Source: Minisyncoccia bacterium
Lineage (GTDB): Bacteria; Patescibacteriota; Minisyncoccia; Moranbacterales; GCA-2747515
Length of the DNA stretch: 64,000 nt
NCBI GenBank assembly: GCA_041738235.1
Contig: JBGSQF010000018.1
Span: forward strand, 1,404-65,403
Direction of reading: 5' to 3'
In this document: positions 18,301-27,089 of the stretch, piece by piece
How the letters are laid out: each line of letters opens with the position of its first letter
Position numbering within the stretch: the stretch's first letter is position 1
The notes under the pieces: model-generated
What the model saw: only the letters and a program-made list of their open reading frames with translations
Databases searched by the model: none
What the model was told of the DNA's origin: nothing
Position numbers and translations under genes: made by a program

Positions 18301-18422
18301 GCAGTGAGATAGAAAAGAAGGCTATAGAAGAAGGAATGATAACTATGCAACAGGACGGTGCTCTCAAAGTTGTGGAAGGCGTTACGAGCATAGAAGAAGT
18401 GGCGAGAGTAACAGAGTTTTAG
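15384..18422 (+). CDS. pilB: type IV pilus/T2SS assembly ATPase with two fused PilB/GspE ATPase units
   Basis: 1012 aa in a single ORF. It has a GspE_N-like N1 domain. Two complete N2+ATPase units follow, each with Walker A GPTGSGKTTT, Walker B/Asp box (ILVGEIRD, IMIGEIRD), His box (TGHLVLSTVHTNNA, TGHFVLSTLHTNNA) and a tetra-Cys motif. Confidence 0.8.
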   Translation: MTTQTLNKNITKSEKDRSEKTTKTLSAMRTRSEEEHALGLALAMRLPYMDLHLMPVDADDVLNMPLEDSKRLLAGVFVKRGRSVRIGAVVPDSPELGEYIEQLEEKKGWSVELYVISQTSLDKLWELYSKRNLLDNLDTMKIDLDREDLEKFEENFGDIIKLRDRMEELPTSELIALVFSGAIKMKASDIHFEVNENDVRMRYRLDGVLNDIGSFPLRSYKLVVSRIKMMSKLKLNVRSRAQDGHFSLSADENKGSGRIDVRVSIIPSRYGESIVMRILRQDSILLGVEDLGLRGRAYERLQEAIGQTNGMVLTTGPTGSGKTTTLYAIINKLNKSDIKIITIENPVEYEIAGISQTEVTKEGYDFSQGLRAIVRQDPDVILVGEIRDDETASVAVNAALTGHLVLSTVHTNNAVDTIPRLVELGVKPSLIGPSINVAIAQRLVRRLCTHCRETYVPAKDTIQMLQKILAVISPKAGVVIPSKIETLYRAKGCAKCNNIGYSGQVGIFEVLGMSDEIQKLIDAMRPHGEILKVAVEEGMVAMEQDGILKAIEGETSIEEVWRVAGEGDFLKELYEELMQQTLGRALLLSHEILDDVEQNAKTKELFAEHIKNVPVEKLLPFIFSGALLFDAGDIHIEPAKDSFSVRFRIDGILQTMAELPRTQYPGLLGEVKVLSGLKSQAVAGTADSRFSIQKEGLEDQPGEGSVDIRVSILMGGYGETVVLRLLNTAAVALDLEKLGIREQNLKKIKKQMSRPNGFFCNTGPTGSGKTTTLYSILKILNSPDIKIMTVEDPIEYRLDGILQTQVNAEEGYTFSNALRTLLRQNPDIIMIGEIRDDETAQIAAQAALTGHFVLSTLHTNNAIGSIQRLLNVGVSPDNLAELANGFMAQRLIRVLCECKREKEATEEEKKRLTDVLKTISSQSGVVVPPVGKIYEPGGCEKCRGLGYRGRSVISEVLTVDGSIQELIAQRALSSEIEKKAIEEGMITMQQDGALKVVEGVTSIEEVARVTEF

Positions 18423-18478
18423 AAGAGGATCTTTGGGAGAAGAAATTTCAGTATGGGTATGGAGTAAAAAACAAAAAA

Positions 18479-18498
18479 CACCCCGTGAGGGGTGTTTG
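18479..18498 (+). terminator. intrinsic terminator
   Basis: CACCCC-gtga-GGGGTG perfect 6-bp stem followed by TTTG. Confidence 0.55.
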
Positions 18499-18515
18499 AG
18501 GTTCCATTCTTAATC

Positions 18516-18656
18516 ATCTGTAGACAGTCCCAACGCACTGAAGCATTGGGGTAAGATCGGTGTCCAGGTGTGAACCAGCCGAGACCAGCCCATCCGATTG
18601 AAAACGAAAGATCCCGACTGAGGAGAAAAGATAGAACTCCCCAGGTGTCTACAGAT
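18516..18656 (+). ncRNA. candidate structured RNA closed by an 11-bp inverted repeat
   Basis: ATCTGTAGACA (18516-18526) pairs with TGTCTACAGAT (18646-18656) across 119 nt. Internal hairpins include CCCAA...TTGGG. It sits in a ~360-nt non-coding gap. Identity unknown; an SRP-RNA-like CCAGGU...CCAGCC stretch is only suggestive. Confidence 0.25.
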
Positions 18657-18779
18657 AAATTAAGAACGTAACTGTCAATCCTAGCATAGAATCAAAATCT
18701 TGTCAAGAGTCAAATTTTGCTTTATCATAAGATATGATACAGTGAGAAAGCATCAATTATTTCATAATATTTTATCTAT

Positions 18780-20219
18780 ATGTTCCTCGCGAAAAAGACA
18801 AAGATCGTAGCGACCATTGGCCCGGCATCCTTGGAGAAAGAGGTGTTAAGAAAGCTCTTACGATCAGGGATGAATATGGCCCGACTTAATTTCTCGCACT
18901 CCGACCATCCATGGCACAAGAGCGCTATTGATGTGCTTCGGGAGGTATCTCGGGAAGAGCAGCTTCCTTTGGCTATTTTGGCTGACCTTCAAGGACCAAG
19001 AATTCGTACGCTTGTTTCTGACCCTGTCGAGATCGCTGAGGGAGAAGATGTAGTGTTTTTCGAGAAACCTGAACAGGCGCCAGAGGGGAAAAAGAGCATT
19101 GGTATCGATCAACCGGAGATCCTGAAGCAGTTGAAGGTGGGACAAAATATTCTTATAGAGGATGGAAAATACAGTTTTGAGATCACAAAAGAAGGCGCGA
19201 AAGAGTGTACTACCAAGTCTTTGCGCACAGGGATCATACAAAATCACAAAGGAATGAATTTTCCCAATGCCAACCTTGTATTGTCTGCTCTTACGGAAAA
19301 AGATAAAAGTGATCTTTCTTTTGCTCTGGGCGAGAAAGTGGAGTATGTAGCCCTTTCATTCGTCGGAAGTAAGGAGAATGTTTTTGAGTTACGAGACCTC
19401 ATAAAACCGTTCGTGGTAGAGGGAGAATATGAGCCAGAGATCATTGTAAAGATCGAACGACAGGAAGCACTTCGAAACCTTGATGAAATACTTGCTGTAA
19501 CGGACGTGGTGATGGTGGCGCGTGGAGATCTGGCAACGGAGGCGGGAGCGAGTCGTGTGACAGTGCTTCAGAAGGAGATCATTCGCAAGAGTCTTGCGCA
19601 GACGAAACCAGTGATCGTGGCAACTCAAATGTTGGAGAGCATGATGGTAAACCCACAACCAACACGTGCTGAGATCAGTGATGTTTCCAACGCTGTTATC
19701 GATCATGCCGACGCTGTCATGTTGTCGGGTGAAACGGCCGGAGGAAAGTATCCAGTCGAGTGTGTTTCAACGATGAGCTCTATAATTCGAGATACGGAGG
19801 AGTCACCCTTTGATGATATTGTGAAACGACTTGAGGTGTCCGTGCAGTCGAAGTATTTTCACGTTGTCCAGGGCGTATATCAATTATCACAGAGTGAGAA
19901 TGTTTCGGCTATTTTGGTGGTGACACATTCTGGTACGACGGCGCGCTTGCTTTCGCATTTTCGTCCGAAAGTTCCGATCTATGTGGTGACACCACGAGAG
20001 GATGTGTACCGAAAACTCGCCCTTCTTTGGGGTGTCATTCCTTATCTCATGGAGGGTACGGCAGTAGGAAAAGATGAGGATGAGCGGGGGACGGTTCGGG
20101 CATTTGAAAAGATGTTGGTGGAAAAGGGTCTCTTAAAGGAAGGTGATCAGGTGGTGAGCGTATTTCGTACCGCTGGGGAGAAAACAAAGACGGTGGAATT
20201 TCGAGAAAGGGGAATATAA
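18780..20219 (+). CDS. pyk: pyruvate kinase
   Basis: 479 aa. KIVATIGPAS, NFSHSDH and MVARGDLATEAG motifs are present, followed by a C-terminal allosteric domain. Confidence 0.85.
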   Translation: MFLAKKTKIVATIGPASLEKEVLRKLLRSGMNMARLNFSHSDHPWHKSAIDVLREVSREEQLPLAILADLQGPRIRTLVSDPVEIAEGEDVVFFEKPEQAPEGKKSIGIDQPEILKQLKVGQNILIEDGKYSFEITKEGAKECTTKSLRTGIIQNHKGMNFPNANLVLSALTEKDKSDLSFALGEKVEYVALSFVGSKENVFELRDLIKPFVVEGEYEPEIIVKIERQEALRNLDEILAVTDVVMVARGDLATEAGASRVTVLQKEIIRKSLAQTKPVIVATQMLESMMVNPQPTRAEISDVSNAVIDHADAVMLSGETAGGKYPVECVSTMSSIIRDTEESPFDDIVKRLEVSVQSKYFHVVQGVYQLSQSENVSAILVVTHSGTTARLLSHFRPKVPIYVVTPREDVYRKLALLWGVIPYLMEGTAVGKDEDERGTVRAFEKMLVEKGLLKEGDQVVSVFRTAGEKTKTVEFRERGI

Positions 20220-20322
20220 AGTCGATGTGCAATAAATGACGCAAGGTATATGGGCGGGAGTGTATTTCCGCCCTTGAAATTATCTCTTGTGCATGATACG
20301 TTGTTGTTTGTGGGTTATATTT

Positions 20323-20409
20323 GGAGAGGTCGCATAGTGGTCGAGTGCACCGCCTTGGAAAGGCGGCATACCTTCACCGGTATCGAGAGTTCGAATCTCT
20401 CCCTCTCCG
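20323..20409 (+). tRNA. tRNA-Ser (anticodon GGA)
   Basis: Acceptor stem GGAGAGG/CCTCTCC. Anticodon stem CCGCC/GGCGG with loop TTGGAAA. A long variable arm (ATACC...GGTAT) and T-arm GAGAG-TTCGAAT-CTCTC. CCA is not encoded. Confidence 0.8.
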
Positions 20410-20619
20410 CATTAAGTATTTAGTATCGAGGATGATTTTGGAGCCTTGAAACAAATAACAAAAACAGTTTAGAAGCTGTTGTTTTTTGTCCTTTATTCTT
20501 ATCCATCTTTCCCAAATAAAAAACCGATCCCTTGATCGGCTCAACTCTGTTATTACAGATCATTTCTCTCCAAAGCGCGTCCCTGCGCTCTTTCTGATTC
20601 CTTTCTTTTTCTCGCCCGC

Positions 20620-20937
20620 CTATTGGGCCTCTATCGACCCGTGGCTGATGAAGCGGCGGTCGCCGGAGCAGCCGTCGTACAACGTCAGGTTGATGGGATC
20701 TCCGTTCTTGAACGCCAGAAACATATAGGCGTGCATCTCTTTGAAGTTCCCGTTGCTCCGAGAGAGATGGAAGAAGTTTGATCCGCAGCCGTTCCCGGTG
20801 TCGGTGAGTACGACGATGTCGGATGGATCAATGTAGATGCGGTTGATGTGAACATAGTTGATCTCCTCTTCCGCAGTGACGGAGCTTGCTGCCAGGGAAA
20901 GCAGGAGAGCACAAACAGCGATGAGGTCTTGTCTCAT
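20620..20937 (-). CDS. small secreted protein (hypothetical)
   Basis: Start taken at the internal Met, giving a signal-peptide-like N-terminus MRQDLIAVCALLLSLAASSVTA. About 105 aa, directly downstream of the large surface protein on the same strand. Confidence 0.4.
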   Translation of the reverse strand: MRQDLIAVCALLLSLAASSVTAEEEINYVHINRIYIDPSDIVVLTDTGNGCGSNFFHLSRSNGNFKEMHAYMFLAFKNGDPINLTLYDGCSGDRRFISHGSIEAQ

Positions 20938-20974
20938 GAGGTGTTTCCTCTGTTGCGTTGTGGATTGATGACCT

Positions 20975-23848
20975 TCAATCATCGAGCAGGAGCATAAGGA
21001 ATAGGTCATCTTCTTCCTTTTGCGTCATGGGAGGCGGATCAGGGTTTGGTTGAGTCGGGACAGACACCTCGATACCACCTTCTTCGAGACAGTTGTTTCC
21101 GTTGTTTGTCTCTACGAGATTTGCGGTAACGCAGGTCTTCAACGTGTACATCCCTTCTTGCAAAGGAGCCGTTGCGTTGAGAGATATTTGTGTTTGCGCT
21201 CCGCTTGGCAGATTGCCTGCCGAGATGGTGGTGCTTCCCATGGTGTACTGTGTTCCACCAGTATGGATAAGCGTTGAGGTAACGGTTGCGTCATTGGGAA
21301 TGCCGCTTCCGTAATTGTGAACGACACTCTGAACCGTGAAGTTGCTTCCGGTATCGAGCGCGTAAGAGCCATCAATCCCCGTAGCTGTAATGGCGAGGTC
21401 ATAGGAAGGTGGTGGAGGTGGAGGTGGAGGTGGAGGAGCATCTATCTCGTAGCAGAGGTAGTTGTCATCCCACGTATGCGGGTCGGAAGGTTCACTCCAT
21501 TGCACGCACTGTTTCCCGCTTAACGGTCCCGCACTGCCCCATGAGAAATGCACGGGACTTTCCGTCGGCACGCACAGATAGTTGTCGTTCCATGAGTCAG
21601 AGTCAGCCGATTCGCTTATCTGTGTACACCGCATGCCACCAATCGGACCAGCACTACTCCATTGAATGCCATACTCCTTTGTGGAGCAGAAGTAGTTATC
21701 GCTCCAGGCATCAGGATCAGCACTTTCCGCTATCTGCGTGCAGTGGGCACCACTTACCGGACCAGCGTACGACCACACGAAAGATCCATCCGGACTCGTG
21801 GGGAAGTTCGTGACCGTAAATCCCATCACTTGGCAGTTGTTTCCCTCATTCAGCTCCGGCTCATCTCCCTGATAGTCGGCGCAGCATTGGTACGTGCGAC
21901 TGCCTACGTCCCCAAGTCTGAATCCATCGATCATGTGCTCCATCTTTGTGTACCCAACCCTAAGGTCGGATGCATCCAGCCCATCGTCTCCACGATAGTT
22001 ATCTTGGTTGACGTAGTATGCCAGACGATTTCCATTTTGGACATTGCGGTTTCCCTGATTCTTTACCTCGCAGAACGGGTGTACGATTGAGTCTTTCGGA
22101 ATGAAAGTCCCTGGCGTCACAGTCTGTCCTGCGTCTGTTTCGAGGTAGAGATTCGAGACGACGAGATCGCTTTTGTACGGCATGACGTTGAGCGTCATAC
22201 TCTTACAGTTGTTCCCCTCGTTCATCTCTGGCACATCATTTCCGGTGTCTACGCAACAAGTGTAAACCCTGTTGCCTGTATCTCCCAATTTCCATTTGCT
22301 AAACACCGACTCCGTAGTTGTGCTCCCTACAGGAGGCTCACCTGAGTCAAGGTGATCATAGTCCCTTACTTCCCCGTCCATCTTATGTTCAACTGCAATC
22401 CCGATGGGACTGCTTATGCTTCCCTGACTCCCAATCACGCAACGAGGGATCCACTCCTGGTCCTCGATAGCGGTGGCGCCGTCGTAGTAGGCTGTTCCAC
22501 TTTCATCCGTCATATAGACCTGAGAAACGACAAAATCCGGTTTGAGGTTGGATATGGCATAGTGTTTCTCTTCGCTCGTGTTATACTCATCTGTCTCGAC
22601 CACCTTGTTAGTACAGTCGATCTTAACCCGGAAGTCGAGCGTAGAGTAACCCTCAGGAACAGTATAGGTTTTGGTCTCCGAGAGATCCATTCGCCCTTCG
22701 TCCAGCTTGGCGATGTGGATTTGGCCTTGCGCCCACTGAATCCATTCTCCATTGTCCAGTTCTGCGTAATAGCAAATCTGGATATACTCCGATCCATCGG
22801 GGTTCCAGTTGCCCGCATCACCTTCATCCGCCCAGACGTGGGCTTTGACATCGATCTTCATACCAGGAATCGCCGGTCGTGAAGTATTCCATTTCTCCCC
22901 ATCCTTTCCGTAGTAGTCAACGTCGTACTTAAGGTCGACGGGGGAATCGGGGTTGGAAATATTGTCAGTTGGTTCTCCCTCCTCCGGCGGATATCGATTT
23001 CCACTCCCAACAATGGGAACTTCCGTTGCTCCGATAACGCCACAGAACTCCGCTTGAGCAGTCGATACCCCAAGAGCGGACAAGAACATGCTCGCCACTC
23101 TGTCGCCCATTGACTGGTCAACGGACGTGAAGCACGCTCCTTCCGGCGGATTGCAGACGTAGCTATCCGCCTTGTTGTCCCAACATACACCTTTCTTACC
23201 CGTTGGATAAGCCTTGAAAAGCCTGTGGCTATCGGTTTCCAACACATAATGCTGGAACTGGTTGATCCACGGGATAGTGTCCACAACGGGATCGACAATT
23301 CCTGCCACCCAGAGATAGTCCAGATCAATGGTAAGTTGGATGTTTGAAACAACATCCACACCATCTTCCGGAAGATTCTCCTTGAAGTAGAAGAAGACGT
23401 AGTAGTCGGTCTCTGCTTCCAGGTTCTGCGGAAGAAGCACGTGTGCGGCATGGACGACGGAATTGTTTGGATTGGTCCAATAATCCAAGACTTCCGTATC
23501 GCGTCCTACCTGCGAGTTAGACGGAAATGTCGTCTCGATCCGATCCAACTCGATATAGCGATGATCTCCTTTTAGGACCGCTTCAACTTCGATGCCGAAG
23601 TCATGTGTCTGCAGAATTTGGATCGCTTCATCGTCAAAACGAAGTCGCGTAGCGATCGTATTGCCGTAAGCGATGGTTCTGCCTTTGTGGGATGACCATT
23701 CCTTCAATGAATCATCGGGATCATACTCATCCAAATACCAGTCCGCGATGCACGAAGCCTCGGTAATAGGAATGAGTCCTATGAGGCAGGCGGCATAACT
23801 GTGCGGGATGCACAGAATGCCAAGCAAAAAAGCGATAGCGTATCGCAC
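20975..23848 (-). CDS. large secreted surface protein with CARDB-like domains, three Trp-rich mini-repeats and a poly-Pro linker
   Basis: 957 aa with signal peptide MRYAIAFLLGILCIPHSYAA. E-x-NE-x-NN motifs (VPEMNEGNNC, EPELNEGNNC, ETNNGNNC) match the CARDB pattern. Three tandem ~35-aa W..AGP..G..C.Q..E..D...W.DNYLC repeats and a P12 linker are present. Confidence 0.65.
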   Translation of the reverse strand: MRYAIAFLLGILCIPHSYAACLIGLIPITEASCIADWYLDEYDPDDSLKEWSSHKGRTIAYGNTIATRLRFDDEAIQILQTHDFGIEVEAVLKGDHRYIELDRIETTFPSNSQVGRDTEVLDYWTNPNNSVVHAAHVLLPQNLEAETDYYVFFYFKENLPEDGVDVVSNIQLTIDLDYLWVAGIVDPVVDTIPWINQFQHYVLETDSHRLFKAYPTGKKGVCWDNKADSYVCNPPEGACFTSVDQSMGDRVASMFLSALGVSTAQAEFCGVIGATEVPIVGSGNRYPPEEGEPTDNISNPDSPVDLKYDVDYYGKDGEKWNTSRPAIPGMKIDVKAHVWADEGDAGNWNPDGSEYIQICYYAELDNGEWIQWAQGQIHIAKLDEGRMDLSETKTYTVPEGYSTLDFRVKIDCTNKVVETDEYNTSEEKHYAISNLKPDFVVSQVYMTDESGTAYYDGATAIEDQEWIPRCVIGSQGSISSPIGIAVEHKMDGEVRDYDHLDSGEPPVGSTTTESVFSKWKLGDTGNRVYTCCVDTGNDVPEMNEGNNCKSMTLNVMPYKSDLVVSNLYLETDAGQTVTPGTFIPKDSIVHPFCEVKNQGNRNVQNGNRLAYYVNQDNYRGDDGLDASDLRVGYTKMEHMIDGFRLGDVGSRTYQCCADYQGDEPELNEGNNCQVMGFTVTNFPTSPDGSFVWSYAGPVSGAHCTQIAESADPDAWSDNYFCSTKEYGIQWSSAGPIGGMRCTQISESADSDSWNDNYLCVPTESPVHFSWGSAGPLSGKQCVQWSEPSDPHTWDDNYLCYEIDAPPPPPPPPPPSYDLAITATGIDGSYALDTGSNFTVQSVVHNYGSGIPNDATVTSTLIHTGGTQYTMGSTTISAGNLPSGAQTQISLNATAPLQEGMYTLKTCVTANLVETNNGNNCLEEGGIEVSVPTQPNPDPPPMTQKEEDDLFLMLLLDD
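21409..21438. repeat. (GGTGGA)n hexanucleotide tandem repeat encoding the poly-Pro linker
   Basis: Five tandem GGTGGA units inside the 20975..23848 gene, giving PPPPPPPPPP on the minus strand. Confidence 0.7.
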
Positions 23849-23969
23849 GGTTTTTCACCTCTCAAGTTCTTAAAGGTCCATCTATTACGGTGTGTAGAGA
23901 AATCCTTATTCTCCCTACTGCCAGATTACATAAAAACGGGCAGAGGGGAGAAAAGATTTCTGATATGCC

Positions 23970-24488
23970 CTATTGCGACTGCATCTGTCTTTGCATTTCA
24001 TACGCTTCTTCCTCTATGTCATGTTGAATTTCACGATCAGTTTTATTACGTTCTCTCGTGCCAGTATCGTCCAAATGGTCGAGAACATTAAGTGCCATGT
24101 CCATGTAATCCAATGTCTCCTGCTGACATCGCTCTATGGTTCCCATATCTTCTCCTGCAGCAATTTTTTGCTCCAATCGTTCCTTGCGCTCTTGAAACAA
24201 TTCTTTTGCCCGTTCCTTAGTGATGCCGAGGTAATACAACGTCTCAAGGATGTCATATTCATTATATTTAGAATCCGTATTCATGCATTTCACGTTGTAG
24301 AAGAGATTGGAATATTGATAGTAAGCCCAACGATCCCCACCGGGACTAAAACTCTTAGGCGGAGACGCTACAAAGTATGTTATGAAGTTGGTAAGAAGAA
24401 TAGCAACAACAAAAATCAACACCATCACAATGATGTGCCTCTTCGTAAAACCTTGCTTTTGTGGCAAGTCTTGACTCTTTTGATCCAT
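23970..24488 (-). CDS. membrane-anchored hypothetical protein
   Basis: 172 aa. TM helix IIVMVLIFVVAILLTNFITYFV followed by a charged coiled-coil-like C-terminus. Confidence 0.45.
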   Translation of the reverse strand: MDQKSQDLPQKQGFTKRHIIVMVLIFVVAILLTNFITYFVASPPKSFSPGGDRWAYYQYSNLFYNVKCMNTDSKYNEYDILETLYYLGITKERAKELFQERKERLEQKIAAGEDMGTIERCQQETLDYMDMALNVLDHLDDTGTRERNKTDREIQHDIEEEAYEMQRQMQSQ

Positions 24489-24793
24489 ATAGAATAGGCA
24501 GCTAAAAAAGTTATTTAGTCCATAAAATATTCACCACAAAGCATACCAGTGATACCAAGGCGAGTCAACAGTACGTCTAAAAACTTAAATAAGACATTAT
24601 TCTGTCTTATTCCCTAAAATGAGACAGGGGCTGTCCCGTGTCTCATTTGTCTCATTTTGCCCTCAAAAACCCGACCCGACCTCTTTAAATCACAAGACTG
24701 GACAGACCCCTGAAAAAGCCTTACAATTCCCTACATTCATGGGTTCCAGACCGAGGTAGCCCGCCAATTTTCACTTTTTCCCGAAACGTAGGG

Positions 24794-25468
24794 GTGAGTT
24801 TCGCTGATCTCACTTCTTTGGTCAGTTGTCCCGCAGATTTTGTTTGTATAGTGTTCGAACTTGGTTCAGGAAACGATGCCCTGATTATGAAGCACTCACT
24901 TTCACCAGAAGAAAGAAAGAAGTTTCTCGGACGACACGAGGAACTTTTTCGTGATTTTACGGGACGTGAGGAACTACTTCAAACGATCACCAGATATAAG
25001 AGTTACCCGCATAAGCTTTTTCCTACGACACTGAGAGCACATCAACATCAAGTGGCGGCATTTGTCGCCTATTTCCTCAATGAGTTTCCGGAGCTGTCTC
25101 AAAAAGCAGGTCTTGATGAAGAAAGGATGATCGTTATGGCCTGGATACACGATGACAATGAGGTGGATATGAGGCATGGTGATATCCAATCGGCAAGTGA
25201 GGTGCATAGAACCAAAAAAGAAAACGAGGATCTTTTATCTGATATACAGCAGTCAATACAATGTACTGCTGCTCGATTTCCGGAGAAGGTGGGAGGGTTT
25301 TTGTATCGAGAGCTATTGGAAGATGTGGGTATGCGGGTAGATAGCCGTGAGAGCCAGTTGGTAAAATTTTGTGACAAGATGGTGGGTTTTGGGGAGGCGC
25401 TTCACGAAATACATGCAGGGAATACAACATTTTCTACCGGGATGATCGATCCCAATTTTGGAAGGTAA
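24794..25468 (+). CDS. HD-domain phosphohydrolase-like protein
   Basis: H..H (RAHQHQVAAF) and HDD (MAWIHDDNE) motifs are spaced as in HD-superfamily enzymes. The real start may be the Met at 24884. Confidence 0.45.
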   Translation: MSFADLTSLVSCPADFVCIVFELGSGNDALIMKHSLSPEERKKFLGRHEELFRDFTGREELLQTITRYKSYPHKLFPTTLRAHQHQVAAFVAYFLNEFPELSQKAGLDEERMIVMAWIHDDNEVDMRHGDIQSASEVHRTKKENEDLLSDIQQSIQCTAARFPEKVGGFLYRELLEDVGMRVDSRESQLVKFCDKMVGFGEALHEIHAGNTTFSTGMIDPNFGR

Positions 25469-25750
25469 AATGCGCATCCTATGCAGTACTATGGAAACTA
25501 TTTAAAGAAACTCTCAGAAAAGCTCCCACTTTTTTTCGAATTAATGAGGCAATATCCTCATCTAATAGGTATTGCCCCAGAAGCAGGAGCGATCTTTTCT
25601 CAAGCGCACTATGCTTTTTGGAAAGAGGCGCTTCTGGAGTATGCTCCGCAAGAAGAGATCGTTCGACTATTCTCGGGAAAAAGAGGATCTCACCTTTCTC
25701 GTTCATAGGGAGGGGTGTATGATAAATATGGAATATTTAAAATAAAATAT

Positions 25751-26293
25751 ATGAACAAAAAGATTGTGCTTGTGGCGATCGGTTTCTTTCTTCTTGGATT
25801 TATGGTGGCATCTTCGTTCGTTATTTGGGATCTAAAAGATCGGGGAATAAATGGGATTGGTAATGGAACGATGTCTGGACCCACTCCTTACGAACCGCCA
25901 CACGGCGTAACACCTGGGGGTCCTGTGATAGGAGGTGATCGAGATGAGCATGGCTGTCTTACTCCCGCGGGATATTCTTGGTGTGAGAGCAAGCAGAAAT
26001 GTCTTCGTGCTTGGGAGGAGTCCTGTGGGGACAAGGGGTCGCAGGGTGATTGTCGGATCCTTAACTGTCATGGGCTGGACATCAGTTGTGGGGAAAGCGC
26101 GTCTTTTGCTTGTGATGCGATGTATCGAATAGGCGATAAGTGTCGCCAGTATGCGTCGTGCGTGGTCATTGAAGGGGAGTGTCAGCAAAAGGTGGATCCG
26201 AGGTTTGATGCTTGTAAAGCATGTGTAGCAACTTGTGAAAAAACGTATCAGAATGATCCTATGAAGTCGATGGATTGTGAGAGTTCGTGTTGA
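25751..26293 (+). CDS. Cys-rich secreted/membrane-anchored small protein
   Basis: Start at MNKKIVLVAIGFFLLGFMVASSFVIW (signal/anchor). There are 18 Cys in about 120 aa of mature sequence, with CxxC-like spacing. Confidence 0.45.
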   Translation: MNKKIVLVAIGFFLLGFMVASSFVIWDLKDRGINGIGNGTMSGPTPYEPPHGVTPGGPVIGGDRDEHGCLTPAGYSWCESKQKCLRAWEESCGDKGSQGDCRILNCHGLDISCGESASFACDAMYRIGDKCRQYASCVVIEGECQQKVDPRFDACKACVATCEKTYQNDPMKSMDCESSC

Positions 26294-26443
26294 AGTTCTG
26301 TTTTTTTGAAGGTGAAAGAGGTTGAAATATCCAACCTCTTTTTTTATGTGTGTACGAAGTGGTTGAAGGATAAGAGGATTGACAGAAGATGGGATCTGTT
26401 TTATTGTTTTGGTGCAGAAATTCCTGCAGGCGGAGCGAAAACA

Positions 26444-26893
26444 ATGTCTCAAGAAGTTAAATATCCGACGCCAGGATGGAACAGGGAGCTTGCCGATCTG
26501 CTGGGTCGTGCGGAGCATCTCTACTCGCATCCTGTTGGTCCAGCAAATCGCATGTCTGTTTCGATCTACGGAAGGGATGGGAGTGTGACGCGTTTGGAAT
26601 CGAAACGGGCAGCGGGTTCAAAGCTGGTCGTTGCACACATACTCGGTGTACTGGGGGGACCGAACCGGGTGGATGTCATGCATTCCAGTGTGCGAATTCT
26701 CGCGGGTGGCGTGTACAATATTGGGTCAACGGTGACAGGAATCATCGGTGTCGGGACGGATCATCGGGTGCTCACGCGTTATTTCCACGAGCACGCCGAA
26801 GACGAACTGGCACACCCCGGTAACCATGGGGCCATTCGTGCCCTGATCAACATCTGCGAGAAGGGTGGAACGATCAAGCTGACCATCAACTAA
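26444..26893 (+). CDS. hypothetical protein (locally G+C-rich)
   Basis: 149 aa from MSQEVKY. Composition is visibly more GC-rich than the neighbouring genes. No family recognised. Confidence 0.35.
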   Translation: MSQEVKYPTPGWNRELADLLGRAEHLYSHPVGPANRMSVSIYGRDGSVTRLESKRAAGSKLVVAHILGVLGGPNRVDVMHSSVRILAGGVYNIGSTVTGIIGVGTDHRVLTRYFHEHAEDELAHPGNHGAIRALINICEKGGTIKLTIN

Positions 26894-27089
26894 CGGAAGC
26901 TGGAAAAAATCGAGAAGGGTGGGAAGTGCGAACGTGCATACCCACCCTTTTTAAAAACAAGTAGATCACCACGAAAAGTGTGGTCGTGTATTCCTTTGAG
27001 AAACGGGTCGGTAATTTCGAGTATGAAATAAAAAATCCTATTTATTGTAATAGAAGTATAATTTCCACAATGTCTAGAGGGAAAATACA

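Noticed and set aside
18516-18656. Calling this element an SRP (4.5S) RNA
   Set aside because: A CCAGGU...CCAGCC stretch is reminiscent of SRP domain IV. I cannot reproduce the conserved GGAA-tetraloop/AGCAGC symmetric-loop pattern by eye. It is kept only as a generic ncRNA candidate.
25832-26530. 232-aa minus-strand ORF over the Cys-rich gene
   Set aside because: Antisense to two plus-strand genes that have sensible signal peptide and Cys patterns.
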